Positions 38,371 through 50,029 of a stretch of 64,000 nucleotides of DNA are shown here, piece after piece. The stretch covers positions 210,999 through 274,998 of the forward strand of contig NIVC01001519.1 of NCBI GenBank assembly GCA_002269645.1. The letters are read 5' to 3'. Below the pieces are notes generated by a model. The model worked only from the letters and a program-made list of their open reading frames with translations. It was not told where the DNA came from and searched no databases. The stretch's first letter is position 1, and each line of letters starts with the position of its first letter. Made by a program: the position numbers and the translations under genes. The stretch comes from Macrostomum lignano. Taxonomy: Eukaryota.

Positions 38371-39290
38371 TCCTCAGGGTTCTGTGTCTCCCTAGCAACT
38401 GCTGAGTTCTTCCTCAGGGTTCTGTGTCTCCCTAGCAACTGCTGAGTTCTTCCTCAGGGTTCTGTGTCTCCCTAGCAACTCCTGAGTTCTTCCTCAGGGT
38501 TCTGTGTCTCCCTAGCAACTCCTGAGTTCTTCCTCGGGGTTCTGTGTCTCCCTAGCAACTGCTAAGTTCTTCCTCAGGGTTCTGTGTCTCCCTAGCAACT
38601 CCTGAGTTCTTCCTCAGGGTTCTGTGTCTCCCTAGTAACTCATGAGTCCTCGGGGTTGTGTTTCCCCAACAACTCATGAGCTCGTCAGAATCGTTTCCCC
38701 AGCAACGCATGAGCTTCTCAGGATTGTTTCCCCAGCAACTCATGAGCTCCTCAGGATTGTTTCCCCAGCAACTCATGAGCTCCTCAGGATTGTTTCCCCA
38801 GCAACTCATGAGCTCCTCAGGATTGTTTCCCCAGCAACTCATGAGCTCCTCAGGATTGTTTCCCCAGCAACTCATGAGCTCCTCAGGATTGTTTCCCCAG
38901 CAACTCATGAGATCCTCAGGATTGTTTCCCCAGCAACTCATGAGCTCCTCAGGATTGTTTCCCCAGCAACCCGGCCATACTCCTCAGGATTGTTTCCCCA
39001 GCAACTCATCAGCTCCTCAGGATTGTTTCCCCAGCAACCCATGAGCTCCTCAGGATTGTTTCCCCAGCAACTCATGAGCTCCTCAGGATTGTTTCCCCAG
39101 CAACTCATCAGCTCCTCAGGATTGTTTCCCCAGCAACCCATACTCCTCAGGATTGTTTCCCCAGCAACTCATCAGCTCCTCAGGATTGTTTCCCCAGCAA
39201 CCCATGAGCTCCTCAGGATTGTTTCCCCAGCAACTCATGAGCTCCTCAGGATTGTTTCCCCAGCAACTCATCAGCTCCTCAGCATTGTGT
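38371..39290. repeat. Adjacent 40-bp (38371-38640) and 33-bp (38640-39290) minisatellites upstream of KPTN
   Basis: Units ttcctcagggttctgtgtctccctagcaactcctgagttc and ctcaggattgtttccccagcaactcatgagctc. Confidence 0.95.
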
Positions 39291-39489
39291 ATCCGTAGCT
39301 CCTCTTGACGCATCTTTATTTTCATATCACGCAGTTGATTCTATCTAGTACCAGCGCTGTTGTGTATCAATAGCTGCTTTATTGTTTTTTTCTAGTCGTG
39401 CTTCTTGTAAAATAAAGTCAAGTCGCTTTAAAATTGTACCCGCAGCGGTAGCGGAAATCTCTTAACAGCGCCCCAGCAGCGCCAGCGCC

Positions 39490-42400
39490 ATGCACTATAA
39501 CGAGCTGCAATTTTCCCCGCTAGACAGCGCCGGAAATGCTTATAGCATCTGTCTTGTTGAGCCGGACTCCGCCGTTTCTAAACCGCTCAGTCCCAACGCC
39601 GATCGTGCTGTCTGCTTAGTCGCTATCGCCGGTGGCATAGTCTACGCTATCCGTTTCGCTGATCTTGACAATCGTCAGCGTTGCACTCCGCTGGTAGTCA
39701 GCCGTTATATTCTGTTGGATTTGAAGTCTAATTTTCATGCCAAACGCAAGATGTTTGGTAAGTTGTCACGAGTATACACATAGGCTTGCTAAATAAATTA
39801 CTTTCGTGTTATATAGTATTTATATTAAAAAGTTTGTATTTCTGTCAATCTTAATTTTAGCTTATTTGTCAGTTTGTCGCGATTAGATCTGTTATTAGTT
39901 GGGGCGGGGGCTATATCGAGGTTTAGAGTTCGAGTGGTCAATTCGCGTACATCGGGGGTAGAGTTATAGAGCGGTCAATTTTCGTACATCGGGGGGCGGG
40001 GGTAGAGAGTTATAAAGCGGTCAGTTTGCGTACATCGGGGGTAGAGAGTTATAGAGCGGTCATTTTGCGTACATCGGGGGGCGGGGGTAGAGAGTTATAA
40101 AGCGGTCAATTTGCGTACATCGGGGGTAGAGAGTTATAGAGCGGTCAATTTGCATACATCGGGGGTTAGAAAGTTATAGAGCGGTCAGTTTGCGTACATC
40201 GGGGGTAGAGAGTTATAGAGCGGTCAATTTTCGTACATCGGCGGGCGGGGGTAGAGAGTTATAAAGCGGTCAGTTTGCGTACATCTGGGTAGAGAGTTAT
40301 AGAGCGGTCATTTTGCGTACATCGGGGGGCGGGGGTAGAGAGTTATAAAGCGGTCAATTTGCGTACATCGGGGGTAGAGAGTTATAGAGCGGTCAATTTG
40401 CATACATCGGGGGTTAGAAAGTTATAGAGCGGTCAGTTTGCGTACATCGGGGGTAGAGAGTTATAGAGCGGTCATTTTGCGTACATCGGGGGTAGAGTTA
40501 TAGAGCGGTCAGCTTGTGTACATAATGTTAGTTGCCACTGTGTGTATGTATTTTAGGTACAAATTTATAAACATGCTTCTTTGTTAATTACAAAGTACAC
40601 AGAAAAATGAACACGAACAATTCTAGACGAAGTTGTTGCTTTCGACGTTGAAATCTGCTCAATAGACTCATTGCAAGCGAATAGCAAGACTTTTGTAGGA
40701 TTGACGTTTTCCAAGGTAATTGATTATTAATTTAGTAAATGTTATTATTAAAGCCTATTGTCATTACCAAAGAAAATCATTAATCTTTTAATCTCCAGGC
40801 CACCAGGAAGCCAGATAGCAGCGATCCAATTACGTACGGGTTCGCCCTATTCGAATTGGTTCGCTCAAGCGAAACTAAAAAGATGGAGCTTGTCTATTTA
40901 TTCAAGCACAAGCTGGCTTATATGCCGTCGTTACTAACCCATACAAAGTAAGCTCTGATTGTTTCAGCGTCTGTTGGTATTTCTTCGGCAAATAGATAAC
41001 TATATTTAGCATAGATACTAGATAGCCTCTTATAAATGTTAAAGTCCAAACTTTCATCCATAATATTTTACTTTAGAATATACAGGCTACACGAGAGCAA
41101 GCTCGAAGATGTATTTGTCTGTTTCTGCTTTGAAAAATCGCGCCACGATATGGGCTGCGATTGCGAAGTGTTCTCGCTAAATCAGGCAAGTTAAATAACA
41201 CTTAATTGCGCCTTTTTGGTGCGAATTTTACCATCATTTTAATAATTTGTGTCGCATTTTACTGCCAGCTTAATTCCTTCCTTTATTGATAGAAAAATGT
41301 ATTAATCTATAAATGCATGAATTATCGCGAAAAATGCAATTTATTTTTGTTTATCTTTTGCGCACAGTTTGTTTAGAAATTAACATAAACAATTAAATAC
41401 GAGTATTTTATTCGACAAGACAAAAAACCATGAGTCATCAGATTCGATTATCCGTGTGGTTTTATGGGTCAATTGGTGCCTTGGTGGTTTTTACTTTTTT
41501 AACAAGGCTCAACTCAAACATACTTTCTGAATCTCTTCTAATCTACAAATCTGGTTGCGTGTGTTAGTATGATTTATCTAGCTAACTATTTTATGGTCTG
41601 TTTTATTGCCTCGCTGGCTAATGTTGTGCAGTGTGCTGGTTATCGATTTTTTCTTTTGATTGGCCTGCCGCACTTGATTTAGCTCGTAACCATCTTCTAT
41701 TTTCACCGTATTTACCAGTGCCCAGTAAGGCTTGTCTAATGACTGGTTTCCGTCCCTCTAACCCCACCCCCTCTCCTTTCCCTCTCTGACCCCCATGTGT
41801 GTACATTGCGGCTAGGACTTATCGATTTTAGTAACAGTCTTCCAACCCCAGTACTCTCACCCTTCTTCTCTATCCACGCTAATTCATACTTTTATTGTCG
41901 CGTTGGCCTTTAAACAACTTTGGTCGCAGCCTTGCCACAATAGTTCTTGTGAAAAAGTCTCTTTACTCTACAAACTAATTACTGACTTACCAGTGGATAG
42001 CCTATTTCAGCTTCAACTCTAACATATGCAGTTATGTTTTGTTTATTTATTTTACAATCAGTTGGCAATGCCATGTACTCACTGCAATGCCTATATTAAG
42101 TAGAACTTAACCCGTAGTCTTAATCCTTTTGATAATTTTGAACTGTTTTAAATAATTTTTTTTCAGATAAGTAGTGCTAAGTGCCCCCCTACTGGTAATA
42201 ATTATTGAATGCAGATAGCAGACTGCAGATTGCAAAGCTTGCTTTTTGCGTATGATTTTTACCGCATACTAATGTATAGATAAACGCTTTTATTGATTTT
42301 CCTTGGAGTATTTTAAGAAAATTAATAAAGATCTAACTATTCATAACTAGCAGTTTTTGCTGTTTAACTGTTCGATAAAAAATTAAACTAATTTTTACTG

Positions 42401-45143
42401 TTAATGCAGTACGGTATTTATGCTAGTTGATTGTATGTTATACCCTTAATTTTTCTCTTATCTAATCGCGCTACCCTGAATTTTATTGTTTTTCAGCACG
42501 AAAAGGAAAATCTTCGACAGCAGTACTTCCCGGATATTGAGCATCCACTCAAAAAGTAAGTTTGAGCGACACAATAGTCTATAAAAACGTTCTCTAAGCT
42601 ACAACTTGGAAGTAGAGCTCAGTGGTAGACGCATCATCAAACTCTGGCGCCATTGATTGACATTGGGTTTGTGCAGGAAACCATAGGCGCAGGAACGGGG
42701 GGTGGACAGTGGGGCCATGCCCCCCCCCCACTTAGTGGGGGGCAGTAATGGTATCTGGCCCCTCCACATTTTAAATTCAAAATGTCGAATTTTTGGCTTA
42801 TTTTTTACTCTCATTTTTTATTTTTGCTGCTTTGCATGAATGCATTTTGCTGCAGGGCGACAAAACATAGCGCTAGAATGAGTGCCTGCGGCGCCAAAAT
42901 GAGTGCTTGCGGCGCCAAAATGAGTGTCTGCGGCACCAAAATGAGTGTCTGTGGCGCCAAAATGAGTGCCTGTGGCACCAAAACGAGTGCTGACAACACC
43001 GATTCTGAAAATAATCGATACATAATAATTAATAATGTGCATTTTCCATATAAAAAATGACAAAAATCTAACTCGACGGGGTGGCATGCGCCCTGTGCGC
43101 CCCCCCCCCCAAATCCGCCACTGAACCCCCCCCCCCACTTTTTGAAACGTTCCTACGCCTATGCAGGAAACTAAGGTCGGGCCTGTGCAATTCATGCCTA
43201 TGCGGACCAATCCTGCCGTGGTATCGTGTACAATGCTGTACATGTCTGAAAGAAAATTTGTTATAAGAAAAATGATTCTATTTTTTGATCTTTCTAACAA
43301 GGTTTCACCTTAAGAATCAATTCAATTGCCCGCCCCCATCCCCAATCCGCAGCGTTTTCCAAGCGCAATTCGCTTTGGCCAATGAAAACAAAATCCGACT
43401 GAGCGCATGGGGCACTGACACTGGCAGTCTGAGAGTGTGCGCACTCGACCTGCTCAGCCTAGATCTACTCGCCAACTGCAGTCTGGAATACGATATCAGC
43501 ATACTTAATTGTAGATTCCTATGGCCAGCGCATGCCAGCTCGACAGTCGGTGCCGCTGATCGGGACTATCGCGATCCGCAACTTGGCTTACTTGTTTCAG
43601 CAATTACCGAACCAGTAGTACTTTTCACCGGCTTGTTTGCTTCTAGTAGCAGCAGCAATAGTAGCGGTAACAGTTCAATTCCGCAGCGCCAGGTGGCTCT
43701 GCCAGGCACCAGAGATTTGGACTGTCCAGCGTTTCTATGCGTACTGGATGTTGACGAAGATGGCGAAGATGAAATTGTTGTTGGCAGCTTCTGTCAGCGG
43801 ATTAGGATTTATAAACGACAGCCGGAGACTGGTGGGTAGCCTTTGTTTGTTGGTTTTTCTTGAAAATAGCCCTCCAAGCTACAACTCGCTTTGAGAATCA
43901 GCCTCCAAGCTACAACTCACTTTGAGAATTACCCTTCAAGCTCCAGCTCATCTTGAGAATCAGCCTCTAAGCTACAACTCACCTTGAGAATCAGCCTCCA
44001 AACTACAAATCACTTTGAGAATCAGCCTCTAAGCTACAACTCACTTTGAGAATCAGCCTCCAAGCTACAACTCACTTTGAGAATTACCCTTCAAGCTCCA
44101 GCTCATCTTGAGAATCAGCCTCTAAGCTACAACTCACCTTGAGAATCAGCCTCCAAACTACAAATCACTTTGAGAATCAGCCTCTAAGCTACAACTCACT
44201 TTGAGAATCAGCCTCCAAGCTAAAACTCACTTTAAGAATCAGCCTCCAAGCTACAACTCACTTTGAGAATTACCCTTCAAGCTCCAGCTCATCTTGAGAA
44301 TCAGCCTCTAAGCTACAACTCACTTTGAGAATCAGCCTCTAAGCTACAACTCACTTTGAGAATCAGCCTCTAAGCTACAACTCACCTTGAGAATCAGCCT
44401 CCAAACTACAAATCACTTTGAGAATCAGCCTCTAAGCTACAACTCATCTTGAGAATCAGCCTCTAAGCTACAACTCACTTTGAGAATCGCCCTCCAAGCT
44501 CCAGCTCATCTTGAGTATTACCCTTCAAGCTCCAGCTCACTTTGAGAATTACCCTTCAAGCTCCAGCTCATCTTGAAAATTACCCTTCAAGCTCCAGCTC
44601 ATCTTGAGTATTACCCTTCAAGCTCCAGCTCACTTTGAGTATTACCCTTCAAGCTCCAGCTCACTTTGAGAATTACCCTTCAAGCTCCAGCTCATCTTGA
44701 AAATTACCCTTCAAGCTCCAGCTCATCTTGAAAATTACCCTTCAAGCTCCAGCTCATCTTGAGAATTACCCTTCAAGCTCTAGCTCATCTTGAGAATCTA
44801 ATCTTGCTTGCGAGACGTGCGCAAAAGGCTTGATTGGATGAAAAAGCCTCAATGTTACCTAATTTCGGCCCTCAATGTATCACCTGTCTTAACTTGTCAT
44901 GCATCAGGTGAGTACAGCCTCACCTTTGAACGGCTATTCAACACGCCAGTCCAGTGCGTGGCCCACGCCGACGTAACTGGCGACGGTGTACGCGAACTGC
45001 TAGTGCTGACTGTCACCGGGCTGCATGTGCTCCAGCGCAGTCGGGCCGACATCGACACCAAACTGCGGGACCGACTCCGCCAACTTGGCTGTCTGTCATC
45101 GGCTAACGAAGATGCGGTCAGAACTGCTAAGTCAGCATCGTGA
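39490..45143 (+). CDS. KPTN: Kaptin (KICSTOR subunit)
   Basis: Exons 39490-39757, 40627-40715, 40799-40947, 41086-41185 (GC donor), 42497-42555, 43353-43831 (alternative in-phase acceptor at 43302) and 44908-45143. Kaptin-like segments: DVEICSID, RLSAWGTDTG, LDVDEDGEDEIVVGSF, AHADVTGDGVRELLV. Confidence 0.85.
39915..40515. repeat. About 40-47-bp minisatellite (KPTN intron 1)
   Basis: Unit approximately gagttatagagcggtcaatttgcgtacatcgggggtaga. Confidence 0.9.
42682..43163. mobile_element. 482-bp hAT-type MITE in a KPTN intron
   Basis: TIR CATAGGCG(C/T)AGGAAC; 8-bp TSD CAGGAAAC (42674-42681 and 43164-43171); internal short tandem repeat. Confidence 0.85.
43865..44795. repeat. 31-bp minisatellite (last KPTN intron)
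   Basis: Unit ttgagaatcagcctctaagctacaactcact, shifting to the variant ttgagaattacccttcaagctccagctcatc toward the 3' end. Confidence 0.95.
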
Positions 45144-46574
45144 GCGCATGATTTGAAACAGTCTTCTTATAAAATGGAGAAAAAAATTGCTCATGTATAA
45201 TATAGCATTTTGCAGCTCATTTGAGCATTGAATTTAATCCCAGATATGTTAGCCAAACTAATAGGAGCTTTTGTCTACTCATATGTTAGCAAGGCTGGCA
45301 TAGCAAGATTTAATTTGGTCCATAGCGTCTATGAAACCCAGTCATAAGTTACAGCTGTGACTCACATTGCCAATGTGATGGGAGTTTTTGTTTATGGCCA
45401 ACATATCTGGTATTAAATTCGTTGTTTAGCAATTTGACGATCATTATTCACATTTTTAATGCAGAACAATCCATTGCATTGTCTGTAGGATCGTCAAACA
45501 GAAAAAAAATTCAAAGAAATCAGTGGTCACAGCACGTGACAACGATTTGTTTATGGCTCGCGTCTACCGGCGCTCGCCAGACAATCGTTGTCACGCACTG
45601 GGACCGCTGATTATTTATCCATTGCGTGTAAACCCGAATGGGCTGCAAAAAGCTATAGTAAACAATTCTATTTAACGAATTTTGCGACCTAAGCAGAGAC
45701 TACGGAGCAAGCAGTTGAATCCACGATATGAAAATTTTGTCACCTCTAAAACCATATTGACAGTCTAACATTATTCTATGTTCCACAACAAGTAGTGTTG
45801 TTCACCGCTTCATTTTCGCCCAAGTCTCCGGGGGGGGCAGAAAAGAATTACGATAAATACTGAATTTGTTTGCTTGTTCGCAGTGACCTCTAGCTCACAA
45901 AATGCTCATATTCATTTAATTATTTGAAAAAAATGCGTCTTTCAAAGTAATAATAACATCAACTTTTTCAAAGTGCTGTTTTTCATCTACGCTCGTAAAA
46001 TGTATGTAATGCGTATCTAGTTGTAATTGCTACATGATACGAAAGCATGCATCTTGATTCCTTTATTATTATTACTATTATTATTATATTTCATACTTTC
46101 AAACCCGATCCCTAATAACGTACTTAGTAAATTTATTAACTGTAAAATTGTTTTGCTTTTTTCTTCCGGAGAAATGTTCCATTCGGAAGATATTTTTTGG
46201 GTAAGAAATTTGGATAAGTTGTTTGTGTACGTATCAATTAGGATACGTACTTGATTTTTTAGTATGCAGAAAATATACACCAAGCTTTGTAATTCTTTCT
46301 TCTATATCTTAGTTTCCTATACTGTAGACAGTTATAATTGTCTGAAAGGTGCTATTGTTCAAAAACTTTTTAACTACTTTTAAAAATATCTCTACATCAA
46401 ATTATTAGAATGCAGACGACCACACTAGCTAATTTTTATATACTATAAAACAATTTCAGAACTGTAAATAGTAGAGCCGATTTTGAAGGGAACTTATCAA
46501 GTTTTGATATGCTGAAATGCATTGACGTTTTTATGGTTTATGGTTATTAGCTATAAATTTTAGGTCAATCAAGA

Positions 46575-46960
46575 TCAGACGGGCAAGCGTATAGGCAGGT
46601 AGATAGATAGGTAGACAGACATGTAGGTAGATCGACAGCCAGGAAGATAGGCGTGTAGGTAAATAGACAGACAGGTAGTTAGGTAAATAGACAGACAGAT
46701 AGACAGGTAGTTAGATAGATAAACAGATAGTCAGGTAGGTAGGTAGATAGACGATAAGTAGGTGTGTAGGTAGGTAAGTAGGTAGGTAGATGAACAGATA
46801 GACAGGTAGGTAGATAGGAAGGTAGATAAACAGATGGACAGGTAAGTAGGTAGGTAAGTAGGTAGGTAGATAAAAAGATAGACAGGTAGGTAGGTAGGTA
46901 GACAGGCTGGTCGATAGACACACAAACGGATACGAAGTCACCTGGCACAAACACAGACAG
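46575..46960. repeat. Mixed (TAGG/CAGA)n microsatellite
   Basis: Direct reading of the sequence. Confidence 0.9.
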
Positions 46961-46996
46961 ACAGGCTTGACTTAAACAATCCTATTGGTCCATCTC

Positions 46997-48325
46997 ATGC
47001 TGCCTATCAGTCGTCATTTAATTCGCGGCTCGGCTTCGCTGCCACAGCTGCTGCCGCTTCGCCTGCGACCGAATTTCCGCTTCAGTCGACAATCAACGTA
47101 CTGGTCGAGGTATTTCGATCCGCCGCTGGGCGACGCCACCACAGAGCCGCCGCAGCCGGTGCACCCGGAACCGGAGGGTCTGGAGAGCCTGCCGGACAAG
47201 AAAGCCCGACTGTTGTTCGCAAGTCGCCAGCGTCGTCTGCCAGACTGCGCCGGCCTGTTGCACGCGTTCGCCGACGCCAGGCTAGAGAGCATGTCGGCTG
47301 GACAGACAGACGAATTCGATCGGCTGCTGCGGCTGCAGCTGCCCGACGAGGAGCTGCTGGCCTATGCGCACGGCTCGCTGACTCCGCCGCCGCCGCAGCT
47401 GAACTGTTTGAGCGCATTTCACGAGCTGGCTGAGTTCGCAAGGTTAGTCATCTACATGGGAGTTGTAGCCTAGTGGTTGAAGGTCGGGGGTTCGATTCCC
47501 GATCCCGCTCGGAACAATTTGTGTCCTTGAGCAAGACACTTAACTCTGCATTGCTTCAGTTCACCCAGCTGTAAAATGGGTGCCAGAATTAGCTGGGGCT
47601 GGGGTGTGACGACCCCCCAGTCCTTGGACTGAACAGCCGTACGCAGCCTTCAGATGCGCCGCGCAATTATAGCTGCGGCTGAGCTGTCGGTTGCACATCT
47701 GACCATTAGGGCAGGTGTAATGAATTATTATTATTATTATTATATGTAGCTTTTTAAGATATTTAATCTCTAATAATCTCCAGTCCAATGGGGGAATTAC
47801 CATTCAAAGCCTGTGACACATCCTTCAGTTGCTTTGTACATTGGTGGCATCTGGCGTGATTCAGATGGTGTTCGAACTTATTTAAAGAGGGCGTTGCACC
47901 CTTATAATAGCAGCATTAACTGCGGATAGAAACAATGAGTACAATGAGTCGCAAAATCGCTTTTTAGATCGCCGCCGCTGCCTCTGCGCAAGCGGCAGCA
48001 GCAACAGCAGAAGAATTCCGCTGTCGAGTCCGTTGAACAGCAACGTCAGCGCCTGCTCTATCAGAGCCGGAAACGCGGCATGCTAGAGAACGGTCTGCTG
48101 CTGAGCTGCTTCGCCGATCGGCATCTACCTGGCATGTCGCCCGCACAGCTGGACATGTACGACGCAATCATTAACGAACCGTCGAACGATTGGGACATTT
48201 TCTATTGGCTAACCGGGGCTAAACCGTTGCCTAGTCGATATGACAACGAGGTAGCCAAGGCTATGATCGAGTTTGTTCGCAACGAAGATCGCGAATCGCG
48301 TATTCGTCAGCCGGATTTGCGATGA
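46997..48325 (+). CDS. SDHAF2: SDHAF2/Sdh5, predicted as a two-exon gene (46997-47442 + 47968-48325) encoding 267 aa with tandem Sdh5 domains
   Basis: Exon 2 encodes canonical [14 protein letters not shown]...[14 protein letters not shown]. It has no upstream in-frame ATG and starts at acceptor tttttag|a. The phase-2 donor AG|GTTAGT at 47442 joins it to exon 1, which encodes a basic presequence-like N-terminus and a divergent Sdh5-like domain. Confidence 0.85.
47458..47702 (+). mobile_element. CORE-SINE copy inside the SDHAF2 intron
   Basis: Same A/B boxes, CORE and tail as 53075-53343, with a deletion in the tRNA-like head. Confidence 0.8.
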
Positions 48326-48753
48326 TTTAATAGCAAGCTATAATATGACCATAAATATTTGTATTATCATCTCTGTTGCAAAGAAATGCGTATCGTAGCT
48401 GAGAATTGTGTAGTAAATACACGAATCAGTACCGTCTTTAGTACTATCTGTAGCTGCAGTAGTGATCACTATTATAGATCAGCTTACTTAAGGCTTAGTT
48501 AAAACTTCTTTGACTTTTCTGCTCAAGTGTCTATTTGCGTGTATGTAACTTTGTGTCTTCCCGATTCCCACCCATAAGGGCCAGACCCACAAGGTACAGT
48601 ATTGGCACGCTTGTGTGTGCTCAGGAGCTCAGCGGAATGAGCAGCATTTCCTGTCGCCGAAGGCGTCACCCACCCTCCCGCAAATGCATATGAGCTAATA
48701 TCAGATGCATGCATATCTGAGATCATTGCGACTGCTAGCAAGGCTGTCTGTAA

Positions 48754-49578
48754 ATGCTGTCTATCATGTCTATCACGGCCGTTAACAAACACTTCATGCT
48801 CAGACTAGGCAACGCACTGCTGTCAGCAGCTTTAGCTACTAGTAGAGCGGCAATGAGCAGCTGGACTCACCTAGGCCAGGCATCGGCTGTTCGAATTGAC
48901 GAGCAGCTGTTCGCGGAGTACGGTTTCAGCGTTGAGCAGCTGATGGAGCTGGCTGGATTAGCCTGCGCTCAGGCTGTGCACCGGGCCTACCCGCCGGCCT
49001 CTGAGCTGGACGGCAGCACCAGCCGGCCGCGGGTGCTGATCTGCTGCGGCCCCGGGAACAACGGCGGCGACGGGCTCGTGTGCGCCCGCCACCTTGGCCA
49101 GTTCGGCTACTCGCCGTCAGTTTATTATCCCAAGCGGACGGACAAGCCGTTGTACCGCAATCTGCTCAAGCAGTGCATTGGCTCCGGTATCCCTATAGTT
49201 GAATCGCATCCCACCGCTGCCACAATGGCCGCTGATTACGATATTGTTGTTGACGCCCTGTTTGGCTTCTCATTTAAGCCGCCAGTCAGACCGGAATTTG
49301 AGGCGGTGATGTCGGCACTGTCTGGCGCCAGTGTTCCCGTTGTCAGTATTGATGTGCCCAGCGGTTGGGATGTGGAACTTGGCCCCGTGCTGGAGACTCA
49401 GTCTATCCAGCCCGACTGTCTCGTATCGTTGACGGCGCCTAAAATGTGCGCCAAACATTTCACTGGTAGGCATCACTTTTTAGGCGGCCGGTTTGTGCCG
49501 CCAGAACTGGCCAGATCGTTTAGCCTGAATCTGCCGTGCTATCCAGGCTGCGAGCAGATCGTGTCTCTGAATAATTGA
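48754..49578 (+). CDS. NAXE: NAD(P)H-hydrate epimerase (YjeF_N / APOA1BP), intronless
   Basis: Motifs LMELAGLACA, VLICCGPGNNGGDGLVCARHL, IVVDALFGFSF, SIDVPSGWDV, LVSLTAPK and HFLGGRFVP. Alternative ATGs at 48796 and 48853; AATAAA near 49664. Confidence 0.95.
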   Translation: MLSIMSITAVNKHFMLRLGNALLSAALATSRAAMSSWTHLGQASAVRIDEQLFAEYGFSVEQLMELAGLACAQAVHRAYPPASELDGSTSRPRVLICCGPGNNGGDGLVCARHLGQFGYSPSVYYPKRTDKPLYRNLLKQCIGSGIPIVESHPTAATMAADYDIVVDALFGFSFKPPVRPEFEAVMSALSGASVPVVSIDVPSGWDVELGPVLETQSIQPDCLVSLTAPKMCAKHFTGRHHFLGGRFVPPELARSFSLNLPCYPGCEQIVSLNN

Positions 49579-49921
49579 ATTATCAACTTTCGCTTTTTTC
49601 GGTAGTCCTACTCATCTGATCTGTAGTGCAGTTCCAATTGGAGCTAACTCCTTGTAGAATACCCAATAAAATGTGATTTTTATACCTATTACTAGTGGGA
49701 AAAGTTAATAAACTTGATTCGTTCAAAAAAATGAAAAGAACGCTCTCGTACTGTTGAAGTTGCAGCTTTGAACATAAATGCAAATTCGATGCTTAGAGTT
49801 CGTCTTTTAACATTGTGCTACACGTGGATTTGTGGGTGTCTTTGTCTACAGATGACAACTGGCTTATTCTAGCAATCATTCTTAAACTTCATTATTATCC
49901 CTGGATAAATCATTCGTCAGT

Positions 49922-50029
49922 GGGGTTGTAGCTTAGTGACTAGAGTGTCGGACTCAGGACTCAGGACTGAGAAGCCGGGGTTCGATTCTCGACCAGATCA
50001 CGGAACAACTCTGCATTGCTTCAGTTCCC
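49922..50029 (+). mobile_element. Truncated CORE-SINE copy
   Basis: A/B boxes followed by aactctgcattgcttcagttc shared with the other copies. Confidence 0.65.

Noticed and set aside
38552-39325. Several 11-aa repeat ORFs on both strands
   Set aside because: By-product of a 33-bp unit divisible by three; the same applies to ORFs at 19822, 20516, 33197 and 46679.
46017-46283. 88-aa AT-rich ORF
   Set aside because: Composition unlike real exons here; no splice or homology support.
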